This document shows positions 26,142 through 36,232 of a stretch of DNA of 64,000 bases, piece by piece. Source of the DNA: Patescibacteria group bacterium (lineage in GTDB: Bacteria; Patescibacteriota; Patescibacteriia; Veblenbacterales; UBA10138). Each line of letters opens with the position of its first letter. Position 1 is the stretch's first letter. The notes beneath the pieces are model-generated. The model ran no database searches, was not told the origin of the DNA, and worked only from the letters and a program-made list of their open reading frames with translations. The position numbers were made by a program, and so were the translations under genes. Location: assembly GCA_041645215.1 (NCBI GenBank), contig JBAZQK010000001.1:54091-118090 (forward strand). The letters run 5' to 3'.

Positions 26142-27317
26142 ATGAAACTAGTAGCTAACAGTGAAGTCACCGGAAAGGCAACAGTCGCAATAAGGTGGTG
26201 TTTAAGTAAGGAGGAGGTCGCTACCTTACGTGAAAAAAAAATTACTGATCCTTATCTATTGTTCGTTATTGTTCATGATAAGGTAAACGTTGATCGTCAA
26301 TTGGTTCGCCTTAATCAAATAATGACATATCTATCCTTTAATCATCCGGGCAGTAACACTGTATTTGCCACAATTGTATGGCATGGTAGCAAAACAAAAT
26401 TAAAGGAATGGTGTCTGTACACTGATAAAGATGGAGATTGGAGAAACAAGTTTTATGACAGCGAAGCAGACATGTTGGTGGCAGGTGATTGGGGTGAAGT
26501 CCGGATAGATGTCGATGTATCACCGGAATTCTTTGCCAAGGAGCCGCCAGCGTGGGAAAAGCGATGGGTGAATTTGTGGTTTGAAAGGAAAATGCCGCGT
26601 CATCAATGCAAGTATCGTAAACGTCGCATGCTCGCTTATTCTATCCAACCGCCATTGGTATTGGCGTTTATCATATTTATTTCCCTGTTCCGTTTTCTCG
26701 CTGCAGTGTTTTGGATTTTATTCCGGACCAAGACTGAAGTCAATCTTAAACCAATTGTCCGACCATTTGAATACGATAGTAATGATGTGTGGTGGCAGGC
26801 TAAGACTGCACGTAATTTCTATGCGGAGAATAAGAACTACAAAGAGAGGTCTCGTCTTGTGTGGTTATATCATCCAGTAGTTATTATCCTTGCGTCAGCG
26901 CTACTTTTTATTAGTGACAGGACTTTCGGAGGTTTATTTTTAGCCTCGCATTTCTTTTCAGCCTGGTGGTTGTACATTTTACTGAGCCCTATTGCTATAA
27001 CCTTGGTAGTGTTTGTAGCATTCATTATTACCGTGGTTATTTTTAACTTTGTTAAGTTAATTGGCTTAGTGTTTGGAAAAACCTCTAAAGAGGAGAAACA
27101 AACTAAAAAAGAGGATAAACAAAAACGTAAAAAAGAAGCGGAACAAGCTGTAATTGAGACAAAGCTTGAATTGATTGAAAGCGATTTATTGCCACTTACA
27201 TGTGGCGAGGAACAATTGATTCCTGAACTCAAAGCTCTTCCTAAAGAAAAGCGGACCATTTATCTTCGTTTTCTGGATCTCAGATCAAAATTATGTAAAC
27301 CGTTTGCAGGAGCTTGA
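26142..27317 (+). CDS. Hypothetical membrane protein
   Basis: 391-aa ORF, GGAG RBS, 3-4 TMs, own promoter and terminator (about 27330-27368). Confidence 0.75.
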   Translation: MKLVANSEVTGKATVAIRWCLSKEEVATLREKKITDPYLLFVIVHDKVNVDRQLVRLNQIMTYLSFNHPGSNTVFATIVWHGSKTKLKEWCLYTDKDGDWRNKFYDSEADMLVAGDWGEVRIDVDVSPEFFAKEPPAWEKRWVNLWFERKMPRHQCKYRKRRMLAYSIQPPLVLAFIIFISLFRFLAAVFWILFRTKTEVNLKPIVRPFEYDSNDVWWQAKTARNFYAENKNYKERSRLVWLYHPVVIILASALLFISDRTFGGLFLASHFFSAWWLYILLSPIAITLVVFVAFIITVVIFNFVKLIGLVFGKTSKEEKQTKKEDKQKRKKEAEQAVIETKLELIESDLLPLTCGEEQLIPELKALPKEKRTIYLRFLDLRSKLCKPFAGA

Positions 27318-27451
27318 ACATTATTTTAATCCCAGACTTATTAATATAAGATGAGCTGGGATTTTTATTATGAATAGCCCTTGAACTCTACTTTATTATT
27401 TATATAATCCCTAGCTAGATATTTGAGTAATCTATTTGCTCCCCCGCTCCC

Positions 27452-27480
27452 TTGCCAAAGTTTAAGCTTTGTGGTAGATT
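27452..27480 (+). promoter_or_regulatory. rpsO promoter
   Basis: TTGCCA-17-TAGATT with extended TG. Confidence 0.5.
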
Positions 27481-27568
27481 GGTGGCGCATTATTATTAAC
27501 CGACGTTAACTTTGGTTGGCGGATTTATCCACCTCGACTAGACTAGCGTTTATAAGGAGAGCAATATC

Positions 27569-27898
27569 ATGCTCGACAAAGACAGCAAGGATAAGATAAT
27601 TAAAAAGTTTAAAATTCACGACCAGGACACCGGGTCGGCGGAAGTGCAAATTGCCATTTTGACCGAGGAGGTTAAACGTTTAACCGAGCATTTGCAAAAC
27701 CACAAAAAGGATTTTTCCTCGCGCCGCGGTTTGATTAAAAAGGTGGGACAGCGTCGCCGCTTACTTAAGTTTTTGCAGCGTGATAATTTGGAAAGCTTTC
27801 AGCAAATAGTAAAAAAACTTAAATTAAAAGTTAAGATTTCGGCCGTGGCCGACAGTTTAGGTGAGGTCGCCGAGGAAGAAGTACCAAACGAAGAGTAA
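27569..27898 (+). CDS. rpsO: 30S ribosomal protein S15
   Basis: DTGSAEVQIAILT, HKKDFSSRRGL, RRRLLKFL; acidic C-terminal extension. Confidence 0.97.
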   Translation: MLDKDSKDKIIKKFKIHDQDTGSAEVQIAILTEEVKRLTEHLQNHKKDFSSRRGLIKKVGQRRRLLKFLQRDNLESFQQIVKKLKLKVKISAVADSLGEVAEEEVPNEE

Positions 27899-27915
27899 GC
27901 TTGGATAGTGAAATT

Positions 27916-28449
27916 ATGTTAAAACATAAAGATCAACGAGTTGGCGTATTTATTGACGTGCAAAATATGTATTATTCGGCCCGTAATTTATACGGGGCGC
28001 GGGTGAATTTTGGTAATATTTTGGAACAAGCCGTATCAGGCCGTAAATTGATTCGGGCCATTGCTTATGTTATCAAGGCCGAGGCGCCGGAAGAGGTCAA
28101 GTTTTTTGAGGCCTTGGACAAACAGGGTTTTGAATTAAAAATGAAAGATCTGCAGGTGTTTGTCGGTGGCGCCAAAAAAGGTGATTGGGATGTGGGGGTG
28201 GCGATTGACGCTATCTCAATGGCGCCCAAATTGGATGTAATAGTTTTAGTGACCGGTGACGGCGATTTTGTGCCCTTGGTGCAGTTTTTACAATTTTTGG
28301 GTCAGCGGGTTGAGGTAATTGCGTTTGGCGACACGGCCTCCGCCAAGTTAATTGAGCAGGCCGATGATTTTTTTGACTTGGCAACCCAGCCGAATAAGTA
28401 CTTGTTTCATTCCAGCGTTATTGATAAAAATAAAAATGTAAAAAAATAA
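27916..28449 (+). CDS. NYN-domain (LabA/DUF88) PIN-like nuclease
   Basis: VFIDVQNMY, KGDWDVGVAID, VTGDGDFVPLV, ADDFFDL. Confidence 0.92.
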   Translation: MLKHKDQRVGVFIDVQNMYYSARNLYGARVNFGNILEQAVSGRKLIRAIAYVIKAEAPEEVKFFEALDKQGFELKMKDLQVFVGGAKKGDWDVGVAIDAISMAPKLDVIVLVTGDGDFVPLVQFLQFLGQRVEVIAFGDTASAKLIEQADDFFDLATQPNKYLFHSSVIDKNKNVKK

Positions 28450-28551
28450 AGCTCCGCGGGTTTATCCAGCCTTCGTCCTCCCAAGGAGGACGGAGGCGAA
28501 TAAGTTTTCATAATTATTAACGGTAATAAATAGTAATCTAGCGAATTGCGG

Positions 28552-28609
28552 GTTATTTGAAGAGAGGTGGTTTAAGGTTTTTGGCTTAAATTAACTCCTT
28601 TCAAATAAC
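28552..28609 (+). promoter_or_regulatory. Long stem-loop in the pnp leader (possible RNase III autoregulatory site)
   Basis: gttatttgaa...ttcaaataac arms. RNase III-dependent pnp leader hairpins are established in other bacteria. Confidence 0.5.
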
Positions 28610-28656
28610 TATCCGCGGCGCCGGTTGACTGTTCAGTACCAAAGAAAGGATAGTTT

Positions 28657-30861
28657 ATGTCACAAGTTAAGAGTTTTGAGCGCGAGGTGGCTGGCCGCAA
28701 ACTTACCGTTGAGTTTGGCAAGTTAGCCGGTCAGGCGCATGGCGCCTGCACTGTTCGTTACGGCGATACAGTTGTTTTAGCGACGGCGGTTCAGGCTGAA
28801 ACACCGCGCGAGGGAATAGATTATTTCCCCTTGATGGTTGATTATGAGGAGCGGCTCTACGCGGCGGGCAAGATTAAGGGTTCACGTTTTATAAAACGTG
28901 AAGGTCGTCCAACTGATGAAGCGATTTTGACCGGGCGTTTAATTGATCGTTCGTTGCGCCCATTGTTTCCGGAAACGGAACGGCGCGATGTACAGGTAAT
29001 GGTAACGGTGTTGTCGGTTGATCAGGAAAATTCCGTGGACGTGGTGGCTTTGTTAGGGGCCTCGTTGGCCCTGGCCGCTTCGCCAATCAATTGGGGCGGT
29101 CCGGTGGCCGCGGTGCGGGTCGGGCGGATTAACGGCGAATGGGTAATTAATCCATCACATACCGCTCGCGCCAAGTCAGATTTAGAAGTTTTTGTTACCG
29201 GTACCGCGGATGAAGTGGTAATGATTGAAGCGGCGGCTCAGCAAATTCCCGAAGCGGTAATGGCGGAGGCAATTGAGTTTGGTCATAAGCAGGTGGCGCG
29301 ACTTCTGCCTTTTATTAAGGAGATTATTGCGGTCGTCGGGCAAGCCAAGCCCGCCGCGATGGCAATAGAGGCCGCGACGGTTGAGGCCCAAGTCAAGTTG
29401 CGCGCCAAAGTGGACGGGTATTTGCAAGGTAAATTTGAGCCTTTGTTCGCGGCTCGCGCCAAGTCAGATTATCGCTCGATTTTAAAAAAGATACAGACTG
29501 ACTTGGATGAGGTATTAAAGGCGGACAACGAAGTGTCCAAGGAAGATCGAGCGCTCGGTTTAAATATGGTTCAGGAATATTTAGATAAGGCGGCGCGTCA
29601 ATTAGTCTTAGATAAAGGAATTAGAGTTGACGGTCGCCGGATTGACGCCATTCGTCCTCTTGCCGCCGAAGTTGGGGTGTTGCCCCGCACTCATGGCACT
29701 GGTTTATTTCAGCGCGGCGAAACTCAAGTGTTATCAATTGTAACTTTAGGTTCACCCGGCGACGAGCAGACTTTAGATGGTATGGAAGAAGACGGCAAAA
29801 AACGTTTTATGCATCATTATAATTTCCCCGGCTTTTCCGTGGGCGAGACTAAGCCGGTTCGTGGACCAGGACGGCGTGAAATTGGTCATGGCGCTTTGGT
29901 GGAAAAAGCCTTGTTACCGGTTATACCAACTGACAAAGCCACCTTCCCCTACACAATTCGGGTGGTGTCGGAAGTTTTATCCTCCAATGGTTCATCGTCG
30001 CAAGCTTCAATTTGCGGTTCCAGTTTGGCTTTGATGGACGCCGGCGTGCCGATTAGCGCGGCGGTCGCTGGAATTGCGATGGGTTTGATAATTGATTTAA
30101 ACAACAAGTCGCGTTACGCCATCTTAACCGATATTCAAGGAATTGAGGATTACTCCGGCGATATGGATTTTAAAGTGGCCGGCACGGCGGCGGGGGTGAC
30201 CGTGATTCAATTGGATATTAAACTCGGCGGCATCGCGCTAACGATTGTTAAGGAAACTTTGTTGCGCGCCGGCCAGGACCGCGCCAAAATTTTGGATGTT
30301 ATGAACGCGGTAATCAGCGCCCCCCGTCCGGAGTTGTCGCCCTACGCGCCGCGGATTGTGTCGTTCCATATTCCAGTTGACCGAATTCGCGACGTTATCG
30401 GCCCCGGCGGTAAAATGATAAATGAGATTATTGATGTCACCGGTGTAACCATAGATATTGAGGATGATGGTTTGGTTATGATAACGTCCGTTAGTTCGGA
30501 GGCATCGCAAAAAGCTATTGACTGGATTAAGAATTTAACCCGTGAAGTTAAGGCGGGAGAGGTTTTTACCGGCAAGGTTACCAGACTAATGAATTTTGGC
30601 GCCTTTGTGGAGATTCTGCCTAAACAAGAAGGCCTGGTTCACATATCAGAATTGGCTTGGCGGCGCGTTAACAATGTTGAGGATGTAGTTAAAGTTGGCG
30701 ATACGCTAGAGGTCAAGGTGGTAGAGATAGATGATATGGGGAGGATTAATTTGTCGCACAAGCAAACTATGCCTACACCAGAGGGCTATGACGAATCAAA
30801 CAATGGTTTTGATGACCGTCGCCACAGCCAGCCTCATCGCGGCGGACAGCGACGTTATTAA
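28657..30861 (+). CDS. pnp: Polyribonucleotide nucleotidyltransferase
   Basis: YFPLMVDYEERLYAAGKI, RREIGHG, SNGSSS, DMDFKVAG, KH and S1 domains. Confidence 0.98.
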   Translation: MSQVKSFEREVAGRKLTVEFGKLAGQAHGACTVRYGDTVVLATAVQAETPREGIDYFPLMVDYEERLYAAGKIKGSRFIKREGRPTDEAILTGRLIDRSLRPLFPETERRDVQVMVTVLSVDQENSVDVVALLGASLALAASPINWGGPVAAVRVGRINGEWVINPSHTARAKSDLEVFVTGTADEVVMIEAAAQQIPEAVMAEAIEFGHKQVARLLPFIKEIIAVVGQAKPAAMAIEAATVEAQVKLRAKVDGYLQGKFEPLFAARAKSDYRSILKKIQTDLDEVLKADNEVSKEDRALGLNMVQEYLDKAARQLVLDKGIRVDGRRIDAIRPLAAEVGVLPRTHGTGLFQRGETQVLSIVTLGSPGDEQTLDGMEEDGKKRFMHHYNFPGFSVGETKPVRGPGRREIGHGALVEKALLPVIPTDKATFPYTIRVVSEVLSSNGSSSQASICGSSLALMDAGVPISAAVAGIAMGLIIDLNNKSRYAILTDIQGIEDYSGDMDFKVAGTAAGVTVIQLDIKLGGIALTIVKETLLRAGQDRAKILDVMNAVISAPRPELSPYAPRIVSFHIPVDRIRDVIGPGGKMINEIIDVTGVTIDIEDDGLVMITSVSSEASQKAIDWIKNLTREVKAGEVFTGKVTRLMNFGAFVEILPKQEGLVHISELAWRRVNNVEDVVKVGDTLEVKVVEIDDMGRINLSHKQTMPTPEGYDESNNGFDDRRHSQPHRGGQRRY

Positions 30862-30875
30862 GGCTGGCTATAGTT

Positions 30876-30909
30876 AAAAGGTGTCACGGGTAAATCCGTG
30901 GCACCTTTT
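30876..30909 (+). terminator. Intrinsic terminator after pnp
   Basis: aaaaggtgtcacgg-gtaaat-ccgtggcacctttt. Confidence 0.8.
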
Positions 30910-31138
30910 CCAACGGTCCGAGTGGGGTATGCATCCTGCTCACGGCGGGACGCAGCTTCATTCATCAGAAAGGTAAACCTGGAGTACAAAGGCGGAGCCC
31001 CGCTTAGTGGGGCAGAGGTGGATAGTATTTTAACAAGTCAATGGTTTGTGGATAACTTGTTAAAAGTGTGGATAATGAGTAAAATTGTTGCTCACCATAT
31101 TTTATTGTTTTTGTTTAATATTAGCTAAAATTAGCCCA

Positions 31139-31533
31139 TTGACCTAAGTCAAAAAGTATGCTATACTACTTATGTTAATTAAAAAGGGATGGCATTTAAG
31201 GCTTACGCCATAAACATTGTTTAGGGCTTAATCCTTCCCTACTTTCCTTTTTACCGCTAACTGGTGGCGGGAATAAATTAAAATTAAAAATTTTTAAAAC
31301 AAAAATAAAAAAACGGCAGCTATCTATATGGTAGACTGACCATACGGAAGGTGGGAAATTGCGCAGACCCTTTAAAAATTAGCCAGTGTGCGCGCCTAAG
31401 GTGCTCTAAGGATTCACCCTAATAAACTACTTTATATAATAATTGTGGTTTATAGGTAGGAAGAGCATCGTATTAAGCGCCAGTCTCGCCATTTACTTAT
31501 AATTTTTAAAGGGCGCCATGATTGGCGCTTTTT
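31139..31533 (+). ncRNA. Candidate non-coding transcription unit
   Basis: TTGACC-17-TATACT promoter, no ORF of 60 aa or more, long-range pairings in 31329-31491, terminator 31508-31533. Confidence 0.4.
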
Positions 31534-31604
31534 AGTTTGCTTAGTCCTTTTCCGGCAGCGCATAAAATGCTATAATAGCGCTATCTTAAATTTATAGTTT
31601 ATTT

Positions 31605-31976
31605 ATGGACAAATCGTTTATTGCTGAAATGAACCAAATACTTGTGAAAACCAAGGCTAAGCTGGGAGCCGAGTTGGTACAATTTGGTCAGCCCCAAACT
31701 CGTTCGGGGCATGAGCTTGAAGCCAGTTTCCCTGACTACGGTGATAAAGACGATGAGAACGCGGCCGAGATTGCGACCTTTTCTGACAATTTAGCTCTTA
31801 AGCATACTTTAGAAAAGGCGTTGGATGATGTGGTGAAAGCTTTGGCGAGAATTGGCAGTGGCACTTACGGAGTTTGTAAATATTGTGGACAGGAAATTGA
31901 TGTTCGTCGCTTACGGGCGCGGCCGGAATCAAGTTCATGTGTGGCCTGCAAGATCAAGCAGTTGCATAAAAAATGA
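31605..31976 (+). CDS. TraR/DksA C4-type zinc finger protein
   Basis: DDENAAE, ALARIGSGTYGVCKYCG, RLRARP, CVAC. Confidence 0.92.
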   Translation: MDKSFIAEMNQILVKTKAKLGAELVQFGQPQTRSGHELEASFPDYGDKDDENAAEIATFSDNLALKHTLEKALDDVVKALARIGSGTYGVCKYCGQEIDVRRLRARPESSSCVACKIKQLHKK

Positions 31977-32413
31977 AGCGACCAGTTGGTTTATTCAGCA
32001 ATTGGTGGTGGGCCGTAATATTATTCGCAGTTGACAGAGTACTCAAGCGCCTGGCTTACAATGAATTAATATCCGATCAGGGAGGGCTTTTTTATTTGAC
32101 TTTAAAAATTAACACGCAGGCGGTTTTTAGTTGGCCGGTAGCGAATGGAGTGATTCAATTGCTTGGTTGGGCGGCGGCGGCAGTGGTGATAGCGGCAATG
32201 GTTAAGGGGCGCGAGCGCTGGGAGCCGTTGACCCGCTTTGGCGGGCAGTTGATTATAGTGGGCGGTGTCAGTAATTTATTGGATCGTTTTTATTACGGCG
32301 GCGTGATTGATATATTGGCGGCTTTTAATAATTTATATTTTAATTTAGCCGATGTTTATTTATTAGGCGGCGCGGCGTTGCTAATTGTCAGTAAAAGAAT
32401 TCGGTTAATTTAA
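31973..32413 (+). CDS. lspA: Lipoprotein signal peptidase II
   Basis: VDRVLK, GGVSNLLDR, GVID, FNLADV. Confidence 0.85.
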   Translation: MKRPVGLFSNWWWAVILFAVDRVLKRLAYNELISDQGGLFYLTLKINTQAVFSWPVANGVIQLLGWAAAAVVIAAMVKGRERWEPLTRFGGQLIIVGGVSNLLDRFYYGGVIDILAAFNNLYFNLADVYLLGGAALLIVSKRIRLI

Positions 32414-32424
32414 ATGAATGGCAA

Positions 32425-32680
32425 TACCGCTCCCGCCGCGGGCGTGTTTTATATGATTTATGGGTTTATCTTTACCCCAGTCAAGCTTCGGTGCAGGCTC
32501 TAAATCCTGACTGGTCCTGAATTTATTTCAGGACAGGACAGGCTTGATTCAGGAATCTCGAGAGATGCCGAAATCACCGCCGCCCTCGCCGAAGGCGAGG
32601 CTCCGCCAAATGGCGGGCCGGGGGAAACGGTGATTGGCGGGGCAAGCCACCGCCGTTAGCGGGGCAAGCAGTATGACAAA
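32425..32680. repeat. Cluster of GC-rich REP-like palindromes
   Basis: gtcctgaatttatttcaggac (related copy at about 54935), ctcgccgaaggcgag, ccgccaaatggcgg, ttagcggggcaagc. Confidence 0.65.
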
Positions 32681-32718
32681 AAGCCAACCTGTAATTCCTA
32701 TTATTGTTCAATTTGTTT

Positions 32719-34242
32719 ATGTCAGCCAAGGTTTATACAGTTCATATATTTGGACTTTCAGCTATCACTATTGAAGTGGAAGCTGATATGTCGTCGCAGT
32801 TGCCCGGTATATTTATTGTGGGGTTACCCGACAAAGCTGTGGAAGAGGCGCGGGAACGTGTCCGATCGGCTTTAAAAAATTGCGATTGCGAATTTCCGCG
32901 CACTAAAGTAACTATAAATTTGGCTCCGGCGGATGTAAAAAAAGAGGGCTCGGCTTATGATTTACCGATCGCTTTAGCGTTGTTATCGGCTAGTCGCCAA
33001 CTTAAGTCGGATATTGACTGGCGCGGCGCTCTTTTTATGGGTGAGTTGTCGTTGGACGGACAATTGCGTTCGGTTCCCGGGGTGTTGGTGGCGGCGCGGG
33101 CGGCCCAGCGCTTGGGCTTTAAAAAAATTTTTGTGCCGGTAGCTAACGCGGCGGAGGCCGCCTTAGTAGATAAAGTAGAGGTTTACGCGGCCCGTGATTT
33201 ACGAGAAATATTAGCTCATTTAAGCGGACAAAAATTATTAGATCGCCAACCATTAACAGTGTTGCCGCTCGTGGCCAATTTTGTCGTTGGTGAATTTGAT
33301 TTGTTGAATATTCATGGGCAGGAGCAAGCTAAACGAACCTTGGAGATTGCGGCCGCGGGCGGTCATAATTTACTAATGTCGGGCCCGCCGGGCTCTGGTA
33401 AAACCTTGTTGGCTAAGGCTTTGGTGTCTTTATTGTCACCGTTAGGGCGCGAAGAAATAATTGAAGTAACGGAAATATACAGTGTGGCCGGGTTAATGAC
33501 AGCGTCCAAAACCATCAAAGCGACGCGGCCCTGGCGGGCGCCACACCATACGGCTTCGGAAGTATCTTTGGTGGGAGGCGGTTCAACGGTGCGGCCGGGA
33601 GAAATTTCTTTAGCTCACCGCGGGGTTTTGTTTCTTGATGAATTGCCCGAATTTCCGCGGTCAGTTTTAGAAAGTTTGCGCCAACCCTTAGAGGACGGTG
33701 TGATTACAGTTTCTCGCGCCGCCGGCAGCGTGTCGTTTCCGGCTCGATTTATTTTAGTGGCGGCGATGAATCCTTGCCCGTGCGGTTTTGCCGGTGATCC
33801 GGCTAAACCTTGTCTTTGTACTCCGGGGCAAGTGTGGCGCTATCAACGCAAACTTTCCGGCCCGTTATTAGATCGGTTTGATTTGCACGTTCAAGTGCCG
33901 CGACTGCCGTTTGAAAAGTTAGAATTACCGGGCAAAGAAACTTCGCAAATTGTGGCTAAACGCGTCCGGGCGGCGCGCGGACGCCAACAGCAGCGTTTTG
34001 GCATAGGCGTTACCAAGTTGAATTCAGCTATGAGTTTATTGGATATAAAAAAGTTGATAGTTTTACCACCATCAGCTCAAGATTTACTGCGCCAGGCGGT
34101 AAACAAGTATCATTTATCAACCCGCGTTTATCATCGCGTGTTAAAAGTAGCCCGTACGATTGCTGATTTAGCCGGTGTCTTAGACATTGACACCAGCCAC
34201 GTGGCCGAGGCGTTGCAGTATCGTCCGCGAGTTAATGAGTAG
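32719..34242 (+). CDS. comM: ComM/YifB Mg-chelatase-like AAA+ ATPase
   Basis: IVGLPDKAVEEARERV, NLAPAD, GPPGSGKT, PHHTAS, PGEISLAHRGVLFLDE, AMNPCPCG. Confidence 0.93.
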   Translation: MSAKVYTVHIFGLSAITIEVEADMSSQLPGIFIVGLPDKAVEEARERVRSALKNCDCEFPRTKVTINLAPADVKKEGSAYDLPIALALLSASRQLKSDIDWRGALFMGELSLDGQLRSVPGVLVAARAAQRLGFKKIFVPVANAAEAALVDKVEVYAARDLREILAHLSGQKLLDRQPLTVLPLVANFVVGEFDLLNIHGQEQAKRTLEIAAAGGHNLLMSGPPGSGKTLLAKALVSLLSPLGREEIIEVTEIYSVAGLMTASKTIKATRPWRAPHHTASEVSLVGGGSTVRPGEISLAHRGVLFLDELPEFPRSVLESLRQPLEDGVITVSRAAGSVSFPARFILVAAMNPCPCGFAGDPAKPCLCTPGQVWRYQRKLSGPLLDRFDLHVQVPRLPFEKLELPGKETSQIVAKRVRAARGRQQQRFGIGVTKLNSAMSLLDIKKLIVLPPSAQDLLRQAVNKYHLSTRVYHRVLKVARTIADLAGVLDIDTSHVAEALQYRPRVNE

Positions 34243-34247
34243 CGGTT

Positions 34248-34428
34248 GGAATTAGAATTAAGAATTAAGAATTGCGAATTAAGCCACCCTATGGGTGGTC
34301 ACCCGAAAGGTGAAATCAAGAATTTAGGAGCACTTAATCCCCCTGAACACTTTAACACTTAAACAAATTTGAGCCAGTGATTAAGTGATCTAGTGTTCCA
34401 GTGTTCTCGTGTTTCAGTGTTATAGTGA
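34248..34428. repeat. Degenerate periodic repeats (gaattaa 7-mer and aacact/agtgtt 8-mer types) between convergent genes
   Basis: gaattagaattaagaattaagaattgcgaatt; gaacactttaacacttaaaca ... agtgttccagtgttctcgtgtttcagtgtt. Confidence 0.6.
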
Positions 34429-35721
34429 TTACCTAGTGTAGTTAAGCGGGTTAGTGCGGCGATTGTATACCCGAACTTCAAAATGCACGTGTGAACCGGT
34501 GGAACGGCCGGTTGAGCCCATGGCCGCGATTTGTTGGCCACGCGCCACCCGATCACCAACCGTGGCCAGCAGTTTACTGTTGTGGCTATACAAGGTTTTA
34601 ATACCGCCGCCATGGTCAATAATAATGTAGAGTCCATAACCGCCTCTATTCCAGCCGGCCACTTCAACAATACCGTCTTCGGCGGCATAAACCGGGGTGC
34701 CGATTTTGTCAGCAATATCCAAACCAGGGTGCCGCCAGCTAAAATATTGGGTAATTCGGCGGTTGACAGTGGGCCATTGCATGCGACTTGAACTAAGGGG
34801 GGCCGAGGGGCCAAGAGTAAACTTAGATTCTGGTATTATTGTATTTACTCGGCTAGTTACGGCCGGCGGGGTGTAGATCGGTTTGGCGCCGGGAATAACC
34901 AAAGTTTGCCCCACCGTTAGTTTGCCACCTAGATTATTGAATTCGTTTATGCTGTCGGCGTTAACGCCGAATTTTTTGGCGATTTTAGAAACCGTCTCAC
35001 CTCGCCCAACCCGGTAACTAAGTCCATTGGTCGGTAAAATAGTTAATCGTTGACCAATGCGTAAAACACTGCGCAGACTTAGGCGGTTTTCCCATAATAA
35101 AGTGTTAACATTCAAGCCGTAATTTTGCGCGATGCTGGAAATAGTATCACCTGATTTGACTGCATAATATTCAATTCGTTCCCGGCCGGCCACTCCCGGT
35201 TGAGTTGTTACCAGGTAAGGTTTTAAAAAGGCGGCCCCGTCCTCGGTTAAAATAATCATCGGCTCGCCGGCGGTGTTAACATTGGTTTGACTATTATCAA
35301 CCGTAGCGCCATTAGTATCGTCAACGCCATTTTCGTTTAAAGCGCCGGGTTCGTTAAGTTGATTTAGAGGTGTGTCATAAGAGCTGGTAATTAAAGGGTA
35401 AAGTAAATTACCTTGACCAAAACTTTCGGCCGCTTGGGTTTGGGTAGCTAGGTTTTGCCAACTTACCAAAGCTCCAATTAGTATAATTAAATATAAAACA
35501 ACGGCATGATGGCGGAGCAAATATGTTATATTAAAACCATCTTCTAAGTTTTTGAACCAGCGTTGCCAGCGTAGACTAATGTTGTATGGTTTAATAATAA
35601 ACCAGCGCCACCATATTTTAGCTAGCGGTTTAATTATTTTACTGTATAACAAAACTAGAGATCGTGATGATCTCTGCGGAGTTTTTAGCCAGCGTATGAT
35701 CCATAGGGCCAGCTGCCACAA
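34429..35721 (-). CDS. LysM + M23 peptidase; exact start uncertain
   Basis: TM anchor, two LysM domains (YAVKSGDTISSIA, YRVGRGETVSKIA), HPGLDIA, HVHFEV. Confidence 0.92.
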   Translation of the reverse strand: MWQLALWIIRWLKTPQRSSRSLVLLYSKIIKPLAKIWWRWFIIKPYNISLRWQRWFKNLEDGFNITYLLRHHAVVLYLIILIGALVSWQNLATQTQAAESFGQGNLLYPLITSSYDTPLNQLNEPGALNENGVDDTNGATVDNSQTNVNTAGEPMIILTEDGAAFLKPYLVTTQPGVAGRERIEYYAVKSGDTISSIAQNYGLNVNTLLWENRLSLRSVLRIGQRLTILPTNGLSYRVGRGETVSKIAKKFGVNADSINEFNNLGGKLTVGQTLVIPGAKPIYTPPAVTSRVNTIIPESKFTLGPSAPLSSSRMQWPTVNRRITQYFSWRHPGLDIADKIGTPVYAAEDGIVEVAGWNRGGYGLYIIIDHGGGIKTLYSHNSKLLATVGDRVARGQQIAAMGSTGRSTGSHVHFEVRVYNRRTNPLNYTR

Positions 35722-35899
35722 AATATTTTCTAATCGTCGGTTTATAAGGGGTATCCTTTTTTAAGCCCGCCAGTCTGGTTTGGCAAAAAAGCAGCAGCGC
35801 TGGTTTTAGCTGACTTAAATTAAACTCGCCACAAGCGAGCCTAAATTTACCATTTTAGGGTACTTTGGTCAATGTAGCGAATTAGTTTTAAAAATATAA

Positions 35900-36076
35900 G
35901 AGATGGTTTCAAAACCCTTTTCGTGGCGTCCGTAAGGTGGATTGAACGAGACAAGGAAGATGAGCAAAATACCCGGAAACGTAGCAGTAGCTACGATGAG
36001 GACATTTTGGGAAATCTGACGCAGTCGCAGTCAAAAAACAGAGATTGCAGCAGAAATAGGGTTTTGAAACCATCTC
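35900..36076. mobile_element. MITE with 19-bp terminal inverted repeats
   Basis: gagatggtttcaaaaccct / agggttttgaaaccatctc, no ORF. Confidence 0.8.
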
Positions 36077-36232
36077 ATAGTACGCTTGGTTAAGTTGTCG
36101 TTTGTAGGGTTAAAATGTTAGTATAAAATATAGCTATCAATTATAATTCTTTTACCCTCCTCCGCCCCGCTGAGCTCCGGCTCCGCCGTAGTCCGGCGCG
36201 GTATCTTCAGTGATCTAGTTGGTAATTAATAT

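Noticed and set aside
18958-27317. Prophage
   Set aside because: No structural, packaging or replication genes, and core-type genes (DUF3048, tRNAs) are interspersed.
32719-34242. Magnesium chelatase for chlorophyll synthesis
   Set aside because: The Lon-like N-terminus and Zn motif identify ComM/YifB, and no tetrapyrrole genes are present.
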